From Arthrobacter sp. (GTDB taxonomy: Bacteria; Actinomycetota; Actinomycetes; Actinomycetales; Micrococcaceae), in the NCBI GenBank assembly GCA_046717065.1, contig JBKJVX010000255.1, positions 9,833-73,832 of the forward strand: a stretch of DNA of 64,000 bases, written 5' to 3'. The number at the start of each line of letters is the position of its first letter. Position 1 is the stretch's first letter. Positions 10,422 through 19,519 of this stretch are shown in pieces. The notes under the pieces are model-generated. The model was not told where the DNA came from and made no database searches. It worked only from the letters and a program-made list of their open reading frames with translations. Made by a program: the position numbers and the translations under genes.

Positions 10422-10563
10422 CTAAGTATCGAGTTCCCATTGCTTACAGCAGCCGCGCAGGTCACACTGGAAGGTGCGCCCCGCGGAAATTACAGGCATG
10501 ATCTTCATTCCTGTTAGAGCTGCTGCAGTTCTTCTCGGGGAGCTTATCACAAGGAGCACCCAG

Positions 10564-11157
10564 GGGAGTCCCAACGGCGAAGCAGGCGGGCTGAAACAGC
10601 CCACGGCCGGTGTTGCTGTGCCCGCAAGCGGTGCCCAGGGCCTCCTGTTCACCGAAGACCTTCCCGTCCTGGATGAAGACGCGGGCTACCGGGGTCCCAC
10701 CGCCTGTAAGGCAGCAGGCATCACCTACCGTCAGCTGGATTACTGGGCGCGCACCGGACTTGTCGAACCCGCCGTCCGCGGTGCCGCCGGCTCGGGATCC
10801 CAGCGGCTCTACGGCTTCCGCGACATCCTCGTCCTCAAGGTCGTCAAGCGCCTGCTGGACACGGGTGTGTCGCTGCAGCAGATCCGCTCGGCCGTGGAAC
10901 ACCTGCGTGAACGCGGCGTGGAGGACCTGGCCCAGATTACGCTGATGAGCGATGGCGCCAGCGTTTACGAGTGCACGTCAGCGGACGAAGTCATCGATCT
11001 CGTCCAGGGTGGCCAGGGCGTGTTCGGCATCGCCGTTGGTCGCGTGTGGCGCGAGGTGGAAGGCAGCCTGGCGTCGCTCCCGAGCGAACATGCCACGGAG
11101 CAGTCCTTTCCCGATGACGAATTGAGCAAGCGGCGGGCAGCCCGCAAGATCAGCTAA
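10564..11157 (+). CDS. MerR-family regulator, Rv1830/McdR-like (start position inferred; codon there is GGG)
   Basis: GYRGPTACKAAGITYRQLDYWARTGLVEP, RLYGFRDI, DLVQGGQGVFGIA; AAGGAG 7 nt before 10564; in-frame GTG 10474 and ATG 10498 lack an SD. Confidence 0.85.
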   Translation, partial: GSPNGEAGGLKQPTAGVAVPASGAQGLLFTEDLPVLDEDAGYRGPTACKAAGITYRQLDYWARTGLVEPAVRGAAGSGSQRLYGFRDILVLKVVKRLLDTGVSLQQIRSAVEHLRERGVEDLAQITLMSDGASVYECTSADEVIDLVQGGQGVFGIAVGRVWREVEGSLASLPSEHATEQSFPDDELSKRRAARKIS

Positions 11158-11184
11158 CGCTGCACCACGGGTTTCAACTTACAG

Positions 11185-11218
11185 CAGAGGCCGCTCTCCA
11201 CGGGGAGAGCGGCCTCTG
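11185..11218. terminator. Hairpin between convergent MerR and ParA genes
   Basis: 15-bp perfect stem CAGAGGCCGCTCTCC-ACGG-GGAGAGCGGCCTCTG. Confidence 0.8.
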
Positions 11219-11236
11219 GTGGTGACGTTGCGTTTC

Positions 11237-12055
11237 CTATCTTGCCCGGCTGCGCAGGCCGCTGCCCACCGCCATCACATTGGCCAGCAGGTCATCGAAG
11301 AGGGCCGCGGCGGCCTTGGCGGAGTCGCCGGGCCAGTGGTGCACCGGGTGGGCGGCGCCCTGGATTTGCTGCCAGTTCGCCTGTTCCGGGATCCGAGGGC
11401 TCAAAAGGAGCTCGCCGAACATCGACTCCATCTCCGCCAGCCGGTAGCTGTGCTCGGAGGACCCTGACCGCACCCGGTTGGCTATGATGCCGGCCGGTGA
11501 AAGGTTAGGCGCGAACTCCTGGCGGAAAAGCTGGATGGCCCTCATGGTCCGTTCGGTACCGGCTACGGAAAACAGCCCCGGCTCGGCAACAAGCGCCACC
11601 TTGTCGCTGGCTGACCACGCCATCCGGGTCAGGCCATTCAGGGACGGCGGGCAGTCGATCAGGACGAGCTGGTAGTTGTCTGCGGCGGCCAACACCGAAG
11701 ACAACCGCCGCAGGTCGCGGCGGCTGAGGTCCGGGCGGTCGTAGATTCCCGTGTAGGCAGAGCCGACGGCGACGTCCAGGACCGCTGGACCGGAGCCGTT
11801 GGAAGGGGCCCGCTCCGTCCAGCTGCTGCCCACCACATTCTCGGCGAGCTTGGCTCGGCGGGGGCTCTTGAGCATCCTGCCGATATCGAGCTGGTCGCCC
11901 GGTTGCACGCCCAGGGCGGTAGTCGCGTCTGCGTGGGGATCAAGATCCACCACCAGCGTGCGGATGCCTGCGGCAAGGGCTGCAGACGCCAATCCTGTGG
12001 TGACGGAAGTCTTGCCGACTCCACCCTTGAGGCTGCTGATGCTGACTACTTGCAC
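11237..12055 (-). CDS. Orphan ParA/Soj-family ATPase
   Basis: Deviant Walker A KGGVGKT, VVDLDP, LIDCPPSL; no parB adjacent; GTG start at 12055 chosen. Confidence 0.88.
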   Translation of the reverse strand: MQVVSISSLKGGVGKTSVTTGLASAALAAGIRTLVVDLDPHADATTALGVQPGDQLDIGRMLKSPRRAKLAENVVGSSWTERAPSNGSGPAVLDVAVGSAYTGIYDRPDLSRRDLRRLSSVLAAADNYQLVLIDCPPSLNGLTRMAWSASDKVALVAEPGLFSVAGTERTMRAIQLFRQEFAPNLSPAGIIANRVRSGSSEHSYRLAEMESMFGELLLSPRIPEQANWQQIQGAAHPVHHWPGDSAKAAAALFDDLLANVMAVGSGLRSRAR

Positions 12056-12263
12056 TTGAGAGACCAAAACCTAACGCCGGATGCCGTGTTGGGAGTAATG
12101 TTTGCTCCGGCAGTGCCGAAGCGGACGGTCCTGCCGCCCTACTCATCATATGTGGATGCGTCGGCGATTCCTGCTTTAAGGGGCGTCGGCATGGCACCAA
12201 CTATGCTGCCGGGGCCGTTTCCGCCCGGGCCGGCAGAAGGGCTCGGGACATGACGGGGAAATC

Positions 12264-12279
12264 TGTGATGGTGGCCACA
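12264..12279. promoter_or_regulatory. Candidate CRP/GlxR site between divergent parA-like gene and pyc
   Basis: TGTGA-TGGTGG-CCACA, 9/10 match to TGTGA-N6-TCACA with AT-rich flanks. Confidence 0.55.
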
Positions 12280-12355
12280 AAGATTTGTGTTTGCCCTTGT
12301 AGGTCCTAGACACTGTGACCACTCACCGATCCACCCGCAATGATGCAGGAGAAGT

Positions 12356-15300
12356 ATGTTTTCCAAAGTTCTGGTGGCCAACCGCGGCGAAATCGCGATC
12401 AGGGCCTTCCGCGCCGGCTACGAGCTGGGCGCCAAGACCGTTGCCGTATTCCCCCATGAGGACAGGAACTCGATCCACCGCCAGAAGGCGGACGAGGCCT
12501 ATCTGATTGGCGAAGAGGGCCACCCCGTCCGGGCTTACCTTGACGTTGCCGAAGTGGTGCGGGTAGCAAAGGAGTCCGGTGCGGACGCCATCTACCCCGG
12601 ATACGGCTTCCTCTCGGAAAACCCGGACCTTGCCCGCGCGGCCAAGGATGCCGGCATTACCTTTGTCGGTCCGCCGGCCGAGGTGCTGGAACTCGCCGGC
12701 AACAAGGTGGCAGCCCTGAAGGCTGCCCGGGACGCCGGTGTTCCCGTCCTGAAGTCCAGCGCCCCATCCAAGGACCTGGACGAGCTCATTGCGGCAGCCG
12801 ATGAAATCGGCTTCCCCATCTTCGCCAAAGCCGTGGCCGGCGGCGGCGGACGCGGCATGCGACGGGTGGATACCCGCGAGGCACTGCCGGAGGCCCTGCA
12901 GTCCGCCATGCGTGAGGCGGACGCGGCATTCGGTGACCCCACCATGTTCCTGGAGCAGGCTGTCCTGCGCCCGCGGCACATCGAAGTGCAGATCCTGGCG
13001 GACGCCGAGGGCAATGTGATGCACCTTTTCGAGCGGGACTGCTCCATCCAGCGCCGCCACCAGAAGGTTATTGAGATCGCCCCGGCCCCCAACCTTGATG
13101 AAGGCATCCGCCAGGCCCTGTATCGGGACGCCGTCAAGTTCGCCAAGGCCTTGAACTACGTCAACGCCGGCACGGTGGAGTTCCTCGTCGACACGGTGGG
13201 TGAGCGTGCCGGCCAGCACGTTTTCATCGAAATGAACCCCCGCATCCAAGTGGAGCACACCGTCACCGAGGAAGTCACCGACGTCGACCTCGTCCAGGCG
13301 CAGATGCGGATTGCCGCCGGCGAAACGCTGGCCGACCTCGGCCTCTCCCAGGACACCGTAAAGCTGCGCGGCGCGGCACTGCAGAGCCGCATCACCACCG
13401 AGGACCCCGCCAACGGGTTCCGGCCCGACGTCGGAAAGATCACCGGTTACCGCTCTGCCGGCGGAGCCGGTGTACGGCTCGACGGCGGGACTGTCTACTC
13501 GGGTGCCGAGATCAGCCCACACTTCGACTCCATGCTGGTGAAGCTCACCTGCCGCGGCAGGGACTACCCGGCCGCCGTCGCCCGTGCCCGCCGCGCCCTC
13601 GCCGAATTCCGTATCCGCGGTGTCTCCACCAACATCTCCTTCCTCCAGGCGGTGCTCGACGACCCCGACTTCATCGCCGGCGACGTGGCCACGTCCTTCA
13701 TCGACGAGCGCCCGCAGCTGCTCAAGGCGCGTGTCTCTGCCGACCGCGGCACCAAGCTCCTCACCTGGCTTGCTGAAGTCACGGTCAACAAGCCGAACGG
13801 CGAACTGACCGTGCACTCGAATCCTGCCAGCAAGCTGCCGTCCGTCAAGGACAAGGAGGCAGCACCCGGCTCACGCCAAAGGCTGCTCGAACTGGGCCCT
13901 GAAGGCTTCGCCAGGGCGCTTCGTGAACAGAACGCAGTGGCCGTCACGGACACCACTTTCCGCGACGCCCACCAGTCGCTCCTGGCCACCCGCGTCCGAA
14001 CCCGCGACCTCGTGGCAGCCGGCCCCGCGGTTACTGCGCTCATGCCCGAGCTGCTTTCCGTTGAGGCCTGGGGCGGCGCAACGTATGACGTCGCCCTTCG
14101 GTTCCTGGGCGAGGACCCCTGGGACCGGCTCGCCGCCCTTCGCCAGGCGCTTCCGAATGTGTGCCTCCAGATGCTCCTCCGGGGCCGCAACACCGTGGGT
14201 TACACCCCCTACCCGGAAGAGGTTACCGAAGCCTTCGTCAACGAGGCGGCGGCCACGGGCATTGATATCTTCCGCATCTTCGACGCCCTGAATGATGTCA
14301 GCCAGATGGCACCTGCCATCCGCGCTGTCCGGGCAACAGGCACCGCCGTCGCCGAAGTGGCGCTCTGCTACACCGGCGACATGCTGGATCCCGAAGAGAC
14401 GCTCTACACGCTGGACTACTACCTTGGTCTGGCCCAAAAGATCGTGGACGCCGGAGCACACATCCTGGCCATCAAGGACATGGCAGGCCTGCTCCGTCCC
14501 GCCGCCGCGGCGAAACTCGTCTCCGCCCTCCGGGAACGCTTCGACCTGCCGGTGCACCTGCACACCCACGACACCGCAGGAGGCCAGCTGGCCACCCTGC
14601 TGGCCGCCGTGGACGCCGGTGTCGACGCCGTGGACGTCGCCTCCGCATCGCTGGCCGGAACCACCAGCCAGCCGTCGGCCTCCGCCCTGGTTGCAGCACT
14701 GGCGCACACGCCGCGGGATACGGGCCTAAGCCTGGCCGCCGTCAGCTCGCTGGAGCCGTACTGGGAAGCGGTCCGCCGCGTCTACGCGCCCTTCGAGTCG
14801 GGCCTTCCGGGCCCCACCGGCCGCGTGTACCAGCACGAAATTCCCGGCGGGCAGCTCTCCAACCTCCGCCAGCAGGCCATGGCACTCGGACTGGGGGAGC
14901 GCTTTGAGGCGATCGAGGACATGTACACCGCCGCCGACCGCATCCTGGGCCACCTGGTCAAGGTCACGCCGTCCTCCAAGGTGGTGGGCGACCTCGCCCT
15001 GCACCTGGTGGGCCTGAACGCGGACCCCGCGGATTTCAACGAGAACCCGCAGAACTACGACATCCCGGATTCGGTCATCGGATTCCTTTCCGGTGAACTG
15101 GGTGACCCGCCGGGAGGCTGGCCCGAGCCCTTCCGCACCAAGGCCCTCCAGGGCAGGAGCGTGAAGGTCCGCGACGTGGAGCTCAGCGCGGAGGACAGCG
15201 CCGCCTTGAAGTCCGACTCGAAAACCCGCCAGCACACGCTGAACCGGCTGCTCTTCGACGGACCCACCAAGGACTACCTGAAGAGCGTGGAGACTTACGG

Positions 15301-15754
15301 CAACATCTCTGTGCTGGACACCCGGGACTACCTCTATGGACTCCAGCGCGGCGCCGAGCACGAGATCCAGCTGGAGAAGGGCGTGCGGCTGATCGCGTCC
15401 CTCGAAGCCGTCTCGGAGCCTGACGAAAAGGGAATGCGAACGGTCATGTGCACCCTCAACGGCCAGTCCCGGCCGGTGGTGGTCCGGGACCGTTCGGTGG
15501 TCAGCAACGTCAAAGCAGCCGAGAAGGCCGACCCCGGCCAGCCCGGCCACGTGGCAGCACCGTTCGCCGGTGCCGTTACCGTGACCGTCAAGCCCGGCGA
15601 CGCCGTGAAGGCGGGGGACACCGTAGCCACCATCGAGGCGATGAAGATGGAAGCGTCCATCACGACGCCGGTAGCGGGCAAAGTCTCACGGCTCGCCATC
15701 TCCTCAGTGGAGCAGGTAGAGGGCGGAGACCTCTTGCTGGTCGTCGAGCAGTAG
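12356..15754 (+). CDS. pyc: Pyruvate carboxylase
   Basis: BC domain (ANRGEIA, GGGGRGMR), CT domain (DTTFRDAHQS, IKDMAG, HTHDT), biotin motif EAMKME. Confidence 0.97.
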   Translation: MFSKVLVANRGEIAIRAFRAGYELGAKTVAVFPHEDRNSIHRQKADEAYLIGEEGHPVRAYLDVAEVVRVAKESGADAIYPGYGFLSENPDLARAAKDAGITFVGPPAEVLELAGNKVAALKAARDAGVPVLKSSAPSKDLDELIAAADEIGFPIFAKAVAGGGGRGMRRVDTREALPEALQSAMREADAAFGDPTMFLEQAVLRPRHIEVQILADAEGNVMHLFERDCSIQRRHQKVIEIAPAPNLDEGIRQALYRDAVKFAKALNYVNAGTVEFLVDTVGERAGQHVFIEMNPRIQVEHTVTEEVTDVDLVQAQMRIAAGETLADLGLSQDTVKLRGAALQSRITTEDPANGFRPDVGKITGYRSAGGAGVRLDGGTVYSGAEISPHFDSMLVKLTCRGRDYPAAVARARRALAEFRIRGVSTNISFLQAVLDDPDFIAGDVATSFIDERPQLLKARVSADRGTKLLTWLAEVTVNKPNGELTVHSNPASKLPSVKDKEAAPGSRQRLLELGPEGFARALREQNAVAVTDTTFRDAHQSLLATRVRTRDLVAAGPAVTALMPELLSVEAWGGATYDVALRFLGEDPWDRLAALRQALPNVCLQMLLRGRNTVGYTPYPEEVTEAFVNEAAATGIDIFRIFDALNDVSQMAPAIRAVRATGTAVAEVALCYTGDMLDPEETLYTLDYYLGLAQKIVDAGAHILAIKDMAGLLRPAAAAKLVSALRERFDLPVHLHTHDTAGGQLATLLAAVDAGVDAVDVASASLAGTTSQPSASALVAALAHTPRDTGLSLAAVSSLEPYWEAVRRVYAPFESGLPGPTGRVYQHEIPGGQLSNLRQQAMALGLGERFEAIEDMYTAADRILGHLVKVTPSSKVVGDLALHLVGLNADPADFNENPQNYDIPDSVIGFLSGELGDPPGGWPEPFRTKALQGRSVKVRDVELSAEDSAALKSDSKTRQHTLNRLLFDGPTKDYLKSVETYGNISVLDTRDYLYGLQRGAEHEIQLEKGVRLIASLEAVSEPDEKGMRTVMCTLNGQSRPVVVRDRSVVSNVKAAEKADPGQPGHVAAPFAGAVTVTVKPGDAVKAGDTVATIEAMKMEASITTPVAGKVSRLAISSVEQVEGGDLLLVVEQ

Positions 15755-15774
15755 GCGGGACATCAGCTAAGACA

Positions 15775-15812
15775 AACGAAAGGATCTTCCCGTGAGGGAG
15801 GATCCTTTCGTT
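15775..15812. terminator. Bidirectional terminator between pyc and fadD
   Basis: 17-bp stem AACGAAAGGATCTTCCC-GTGA-GGGAGGATCCTTTCGTT (one G-U). Confidence 0.85.
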
Positions 15813-15856
15813 GCATCCGGCGGAGTCATCGCCGGGGCCCGCGTCCTACGTCGGCG

Positions 15857-17665
15857 TCAGGAGCGCGGTGCCGAGTACATTTCCTCGATCACCGTCTCGA
15901 AATCCTTCATTACCTGCGCCCGCTTGACCTTCATGGACGGCGTCAGGTGCCCGGAAGCTTCGGTGAAGTCAGCAGGCACGATCCGGAAGGACTTGATCGC
16001 TTCGGCCTGCGACACGGAGGCGTTCGCTGCGGTGATCAGGTCCTGGACAGCTGCTTTGACCACCGGGTTGTTGGCCGCATCCTCGAGGGAGGTGTCGGCC
16101 GGGAGGTTGTGGCGCTGCAGCCAGCCGGGCAGGGCTTCCTGGTCCAGGGTGACGAGGGCCCCGATAAAAGGCCTGTTGTCACCTACCACCAGCACCTGGG
16201 AGACCAGGGCATCGGCACGGATCTGGTCCTCAAGCAACGCGGGGATCACGTTCTTGCCGCCGGCGGTCACGATGATTTCCTTCTTGCGGCCGGTGATCCA
16301 CACAAAGCCGTCATCGTCGAGGCGGCCGATGTCGCCGGTGCGGAACCAGCCGTCGGCGAAGGTTTCCGAGGTAAGGTCCTCCCGCTTGTAGTAGCCGCGC
16401 ATCACGCAGACGCCCTTGGCGAGAATTTCGCCGTCCTCGGCAATCCGAACTGCGTTCCCGGGCAGCGGCTTGCCCACGGACCCGATCTTGATCAGCGACG
16501 GTGTGTTAACGGAGATGGGGGCTGTGGTTTCAGTCAGGCCATATCCTTCGAGGACCTGCAGGCCGATGCCTTGGAAGAAGTGACCCAGGCGTTCACCCAG
16601 CGGGCCGCCACCGGAGACTGCGTGGGCGACGTGGCCGCCCATGGCGGCCCGCAGCTTGCTGTACACCAGCTTGTCGAAGAGGGTGTGGCGGAGCCTGAGG
16701 CCAAGGCCCACCCGCCCGTCCTGGCGCGCCTTTGAAAAGGCGATGGCAGTGTCAGCTGCCTTGTGGAAGATGGCGCCCTTGCCGCCGTCCTCGGCCTTGG
16801 TCAGCGCAGAGTTGTAGACCTTTTCGAAGACGCGGGGCACGGCAAGGATGAAGGTGGGCTCGTAGCTTTGCAGGTCAGCGAGGAGGTTCTTGATGTCCGG
16901 CGTATGGGCCACCGTTGTTCCGGCGGCCATGGCCAAAACTGAGATGAAGCGTGCAAAAACGTGGGCCAGTGGCAGGAACATGATGGTCTTGGCGTTCTCA
17001 TGGACAATTTCGCCGATGATGGCGAGGGCGTTGTCCGAGAGTTCAACGAAGTTTCCGTGCGTTAGTTCGCAGCCCTTGGGACGGCCCGTGGTGCCTGAGG
17101 TGTAAATGATGGTGGCGACGTCGTCCAGGGTGGCCGTCGCGCGGCGCGCCTCAAGATCCGCATCGCTGACGTCGCGGCCGGCTTCACGGAGGGCGTCCAG
17201 CCCCTGGCCTTCCAGTTGCCACACGTGCTGGAGTGCAGCGAGGCCCTCGGCCGTAACCGCTTGGCGGATCACGTCCTCATGGTGGGCTGCTTCGCCGAAG
17301 GCTGCCACCGCGCCGGAGTCACCGAGGTTCCAGGCCACCTGTGACGGGGAGGAGGTCTCGTAAATCGGAACGGATACTGCTCCAGCAAACCAGATGGCAA
17401 AGTCCACCAGGGACCATTCGTAGCGGGTGCGGGACATGATGCCAACGCGGTCGCCCGCAGCCACGCCGCTTGCCATCAGTCCCTTGGCCAGGGCCGAGAC
17501 GTCGGCCAGGAAGTCCGTAGCCTGGATGTCCTGCCAGGCACCGGCGGGCCCGAGCCGCGAAAACAGTGCCGGGTTGCTGGGCTTCGCAGCCTGCCGCAGT
17601 ACCAGATCAGTGATGTTGGTTTCCGGTGGGACAACAACAAGAGGCGGAACACTGAATTCGCGCAC
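15857..17665 (-). CDS. fadD: Long-chain fatty-acid-CoA ligase (AMP-dependent, FadD15-like)
   Basis: YTSGTTGRPKG, EGYGLTET, WFRTGDIG, GRKKEIIVTAGGKNV. Confidence 0.9.
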   Translation of the reverse strand: MREFSVPPLVVVPPETNITDLVLRQAAKPSNPALFSRLGPAGAWQDIQATDFLADVSALAKGLMASGVAAGDRVGIMSRTRYEWSLVDFAIWFAGAVSVPIYETSSPSQVAWNLGDSGAVAAFGEAAHHEDVIRQAVTAEGLAALQHVWQLEGQGLDALREAGRDVSDADLEARRATATLDDVATIIYTSGTTGRPKGCELTHGNFVELSDNALAIIGEIVHENAKTIMFLPLAHVFARFISVLAMAAGTTVAHTPDIKNLLADLQSYEPTFILAVPRVFEKVYNSALTKAEDGGKGAIFHKAADTAIAFSKARQDGRVGLGLRLRHTLFDKLVYSKLRAAMGGHVAHAVSGGGPLGERLGHFFQGIGLQVLEGYGLTETTAPISVNTPSLIKIGSVGKPLPGNAVRIAEDGEILAKGVCVMRGYYKREDLTSETFADGWFRTGDIGRLDDDGFVWITGRKKEIIVTAGGKNVIPALLEDQIRADALVSQVLVVGDNRPFIGALVTLDQEALPGWLQRHNLPADTSLEDAANNPVVKAAVQDLITAANASVSQAEAIKSFRIVPADFTEASGHLTPSMKVKRAQVMKDFETVIEEMYSAPRS

Positions 17666-17844
17666 TATAGCTCCTTTGATATCCGAAGACCCGCGCAGGG
17701 GTATGCCTAAAGACTAGTACGCCTGTGCCGGGCCGTGCAGTATCTAAACCTACTGACGGGTAACTTTGGCGTCAATGGCGCCGGGCGGGACACTCGGGGA
17801 CGGCCTCCTTCACCCCCCGAACCGCCAGCCTAGAATGGTTGACT

Positions 17845-18936
17845 ATGTATGCACCGCCCCCCGGCGAACAAGCCGGCCCCTTGCGACGACCGGTTCCGTG
17901 GAGGCGGCGCCCAACCACCGGCCGGACCAGGTTGCGCCACGGCGAAGGCTTCCGCGAGCACCTGCGCCTTGGCCGGAAGGGCCTTGCCATCGGGATCGAC
18001 ATCGGCGGCACCAAGGTGGCTGCCGGCGTGGTGGATGCCGAAGGCAGGATCCTCAATGAAGCGCGCCGCTCGACGCCCGGCACGGATCCGCGGGCAGTGG
18101 AACAGGTGATTGTGGAGCTTGTTGAAGAGCTCGGCCGGGGGCACCGGATCTGGTCGGTCGGGATCGGCGCCGCCGGGTGGATGGACCTCGACGGCGGCAC
18201 GGTGCTTTTTAGCCCGCATCTCGCCTGGCGAAACGAGCCGCTCCGGAAAAACCTGCAGAACCTGTTGCGCCGTCCCGTCCTTCTCGCCAACGACGCCGAC
18301 GCCGCGGCGTGGGCGGAGTGGCGCTTTGGTGCCGGGCAGGGTGAAGCCCGGCTGGTGTGTATCACCCTGGGCACGGGAATCGGCGGGGCGATGGTTATGG
18401 ACGGGCGGGTGGAGCGCGGCCGGTTTGGCGTAGCCGGCGAGTTCGGCCACCAGATCATCATGCCCGGCGGCCACCGGTGCGAGTGCGGCAACCGGGGGTG
18501 CTGGGAGCAGTACGCGTCCGGGAATGCGCTGGGACGTGAAGCCCGGATCCTGGCGCGGGCCAACTCCCCGGTGGCCCAGGACCTGCTCGCAGCTGTGGGT
18601 GGCAACACCGATACGATCACCGGTGCGATCGTCACCGAGTTGGCCCTGGCCGGCGACGCCGCTTCCCGTGAACTTATCGACGAAGTAGGTGACTGGCTCG
18701 GACTCGGGCTGGCGAACCTGGCCGCGGCGCTGGACCCCGGCCTGTTTGTTATCGGCGGCGGCCTCTGCTCAGCAGGGGACTTGCTGGTGGAACCCGCCCG
18801 AAAGGCTTTCGCCCGCAACCTGACCGGCCGCGGCTTCCGGCCTGCCGCCGGTATCCAGTTGGCGGCCCTGGGACCGAACGCCGGCCTGATCGGGGCGGCG
18901 GACCTCTCCCGGGTGAGCAGCAGGGTGCGCGCCTGA
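17845..18936 (+). CDS. glkA: ROK-family glucokinase
   Basis: GIDIGGTK, NDADAAA, TLGTGIGG, GEFGHQ..CECGNRGCWEQY Zn motif; start uncertain (TAGAAT 8 nt upstream of ATG 17845). Confidence 0.85.
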   Translation: MYAPPPGEQAGPLRRPVPWRRRPTTGRTRLRHGEGFREHLRLGRKGLAIGIDIGGTKVAAGVVDAEGRILNEARRSTPGTDPRAVEQVIVELVEELGRGHRIWSVGIGAAGWMDLDGGTVLFSPHLAWRNEPLRKNLQNLLRRPVLLANDADAAAWAEWRFGAGQGEARLVCITLGTGIGGAMVMDGRVERGRFGVAGEFGHQIIMPGGHRCECGNRGCWEQYASGNALGREARILARANSPVAQDLLAAVGGNTDTITGAIVTELALAGDAASRELIDEVGDWLGLGLANLAAALDPGLFVIGGGLCSAGDLLVEPARKAFARNLTGRGFRPAAGIQLAALGPNAGLIGAADLSRVSSRVRA

Positions 18937-18940
18937 GGCA

Positions 18941-19519
18941 CTAAACGCGGGCGCCGTCGTCGTCCTCGTCTTTTTCCTGCGGAAGCTTCATGATCAGGTA
19001 GACCGTTCCCAGGACAAACACGGCCACGATGCCCACGACCGCGAGCATCGGTGCAGAGCGCCAGAACATGGCCGACAGCAGCAGGGCCACGGGCCCGCCC
19101 ACCGCGGCCAGCCAGGCCAGCATGGTCAGCGGGTCGGTTCCGGCCAGGCTCGGCGGCTCCTCGGGAATGAATTCGCCGTCGTCCCCGTCCACGTCATAGT
19201 CGCGTGGCCCGGCGGCCGCGTTGCCGTTCGGGGCGTCACCGGTGCTGCCGGCCGACTCCTGCCGCTCGGCCGCGGAAAGCTCGGTGGGGGCGGACCCGGC
19301 AAGTCCCAGGGGGTCGAAGTCCCGGAATGTGGCGGACCTGCCCGCGGGAGTGGGTGTGCCTTCAGGCGCTTCCGGGCCGTCGGCATTGTCCGTGCCGGCA
19401 GTACCTGTAACGGCAGGGCCTGCCGGGGAGTCTGATTCGAGGCGGGCCACGAGGTCAAGCCAGACGGCGTCGTCGTGGTTGGAGCCCTGGTCGGGCGAGC
19501 CGGAGTCAGGCCTGTTCAT
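18941..19519 (-). CDS. Hypothetical membrane protein (acidic low-complexity N-terminus, two C-terminal TM helices)
   Basis: DDAVWLDLVARL; TM segments MLAWLAAVGGPVALLLSAMF and MLAVVGIVAVFVLGTVYLI; ATG 19519 overlaps upstream esterase. Confidence 0.75.
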   Translation of the reverse strand: MNRPDSGSPDQGSNHDDAVWLDLVARLESDSPAGPAVTGTAGTDNADGPEAPEGTPTPAGRSATFRDFDPLGLAGSAPTELSAAERQESAGSTGDAPNGNAAAGPRDYDVDGDDGEFIPEEPPSLAGTDPLTMLAWLAAVGGPVALLLSAMFWRSAPMLAVVGIVAVFVLGTVYLIMKLPQEKDEDDDGARV

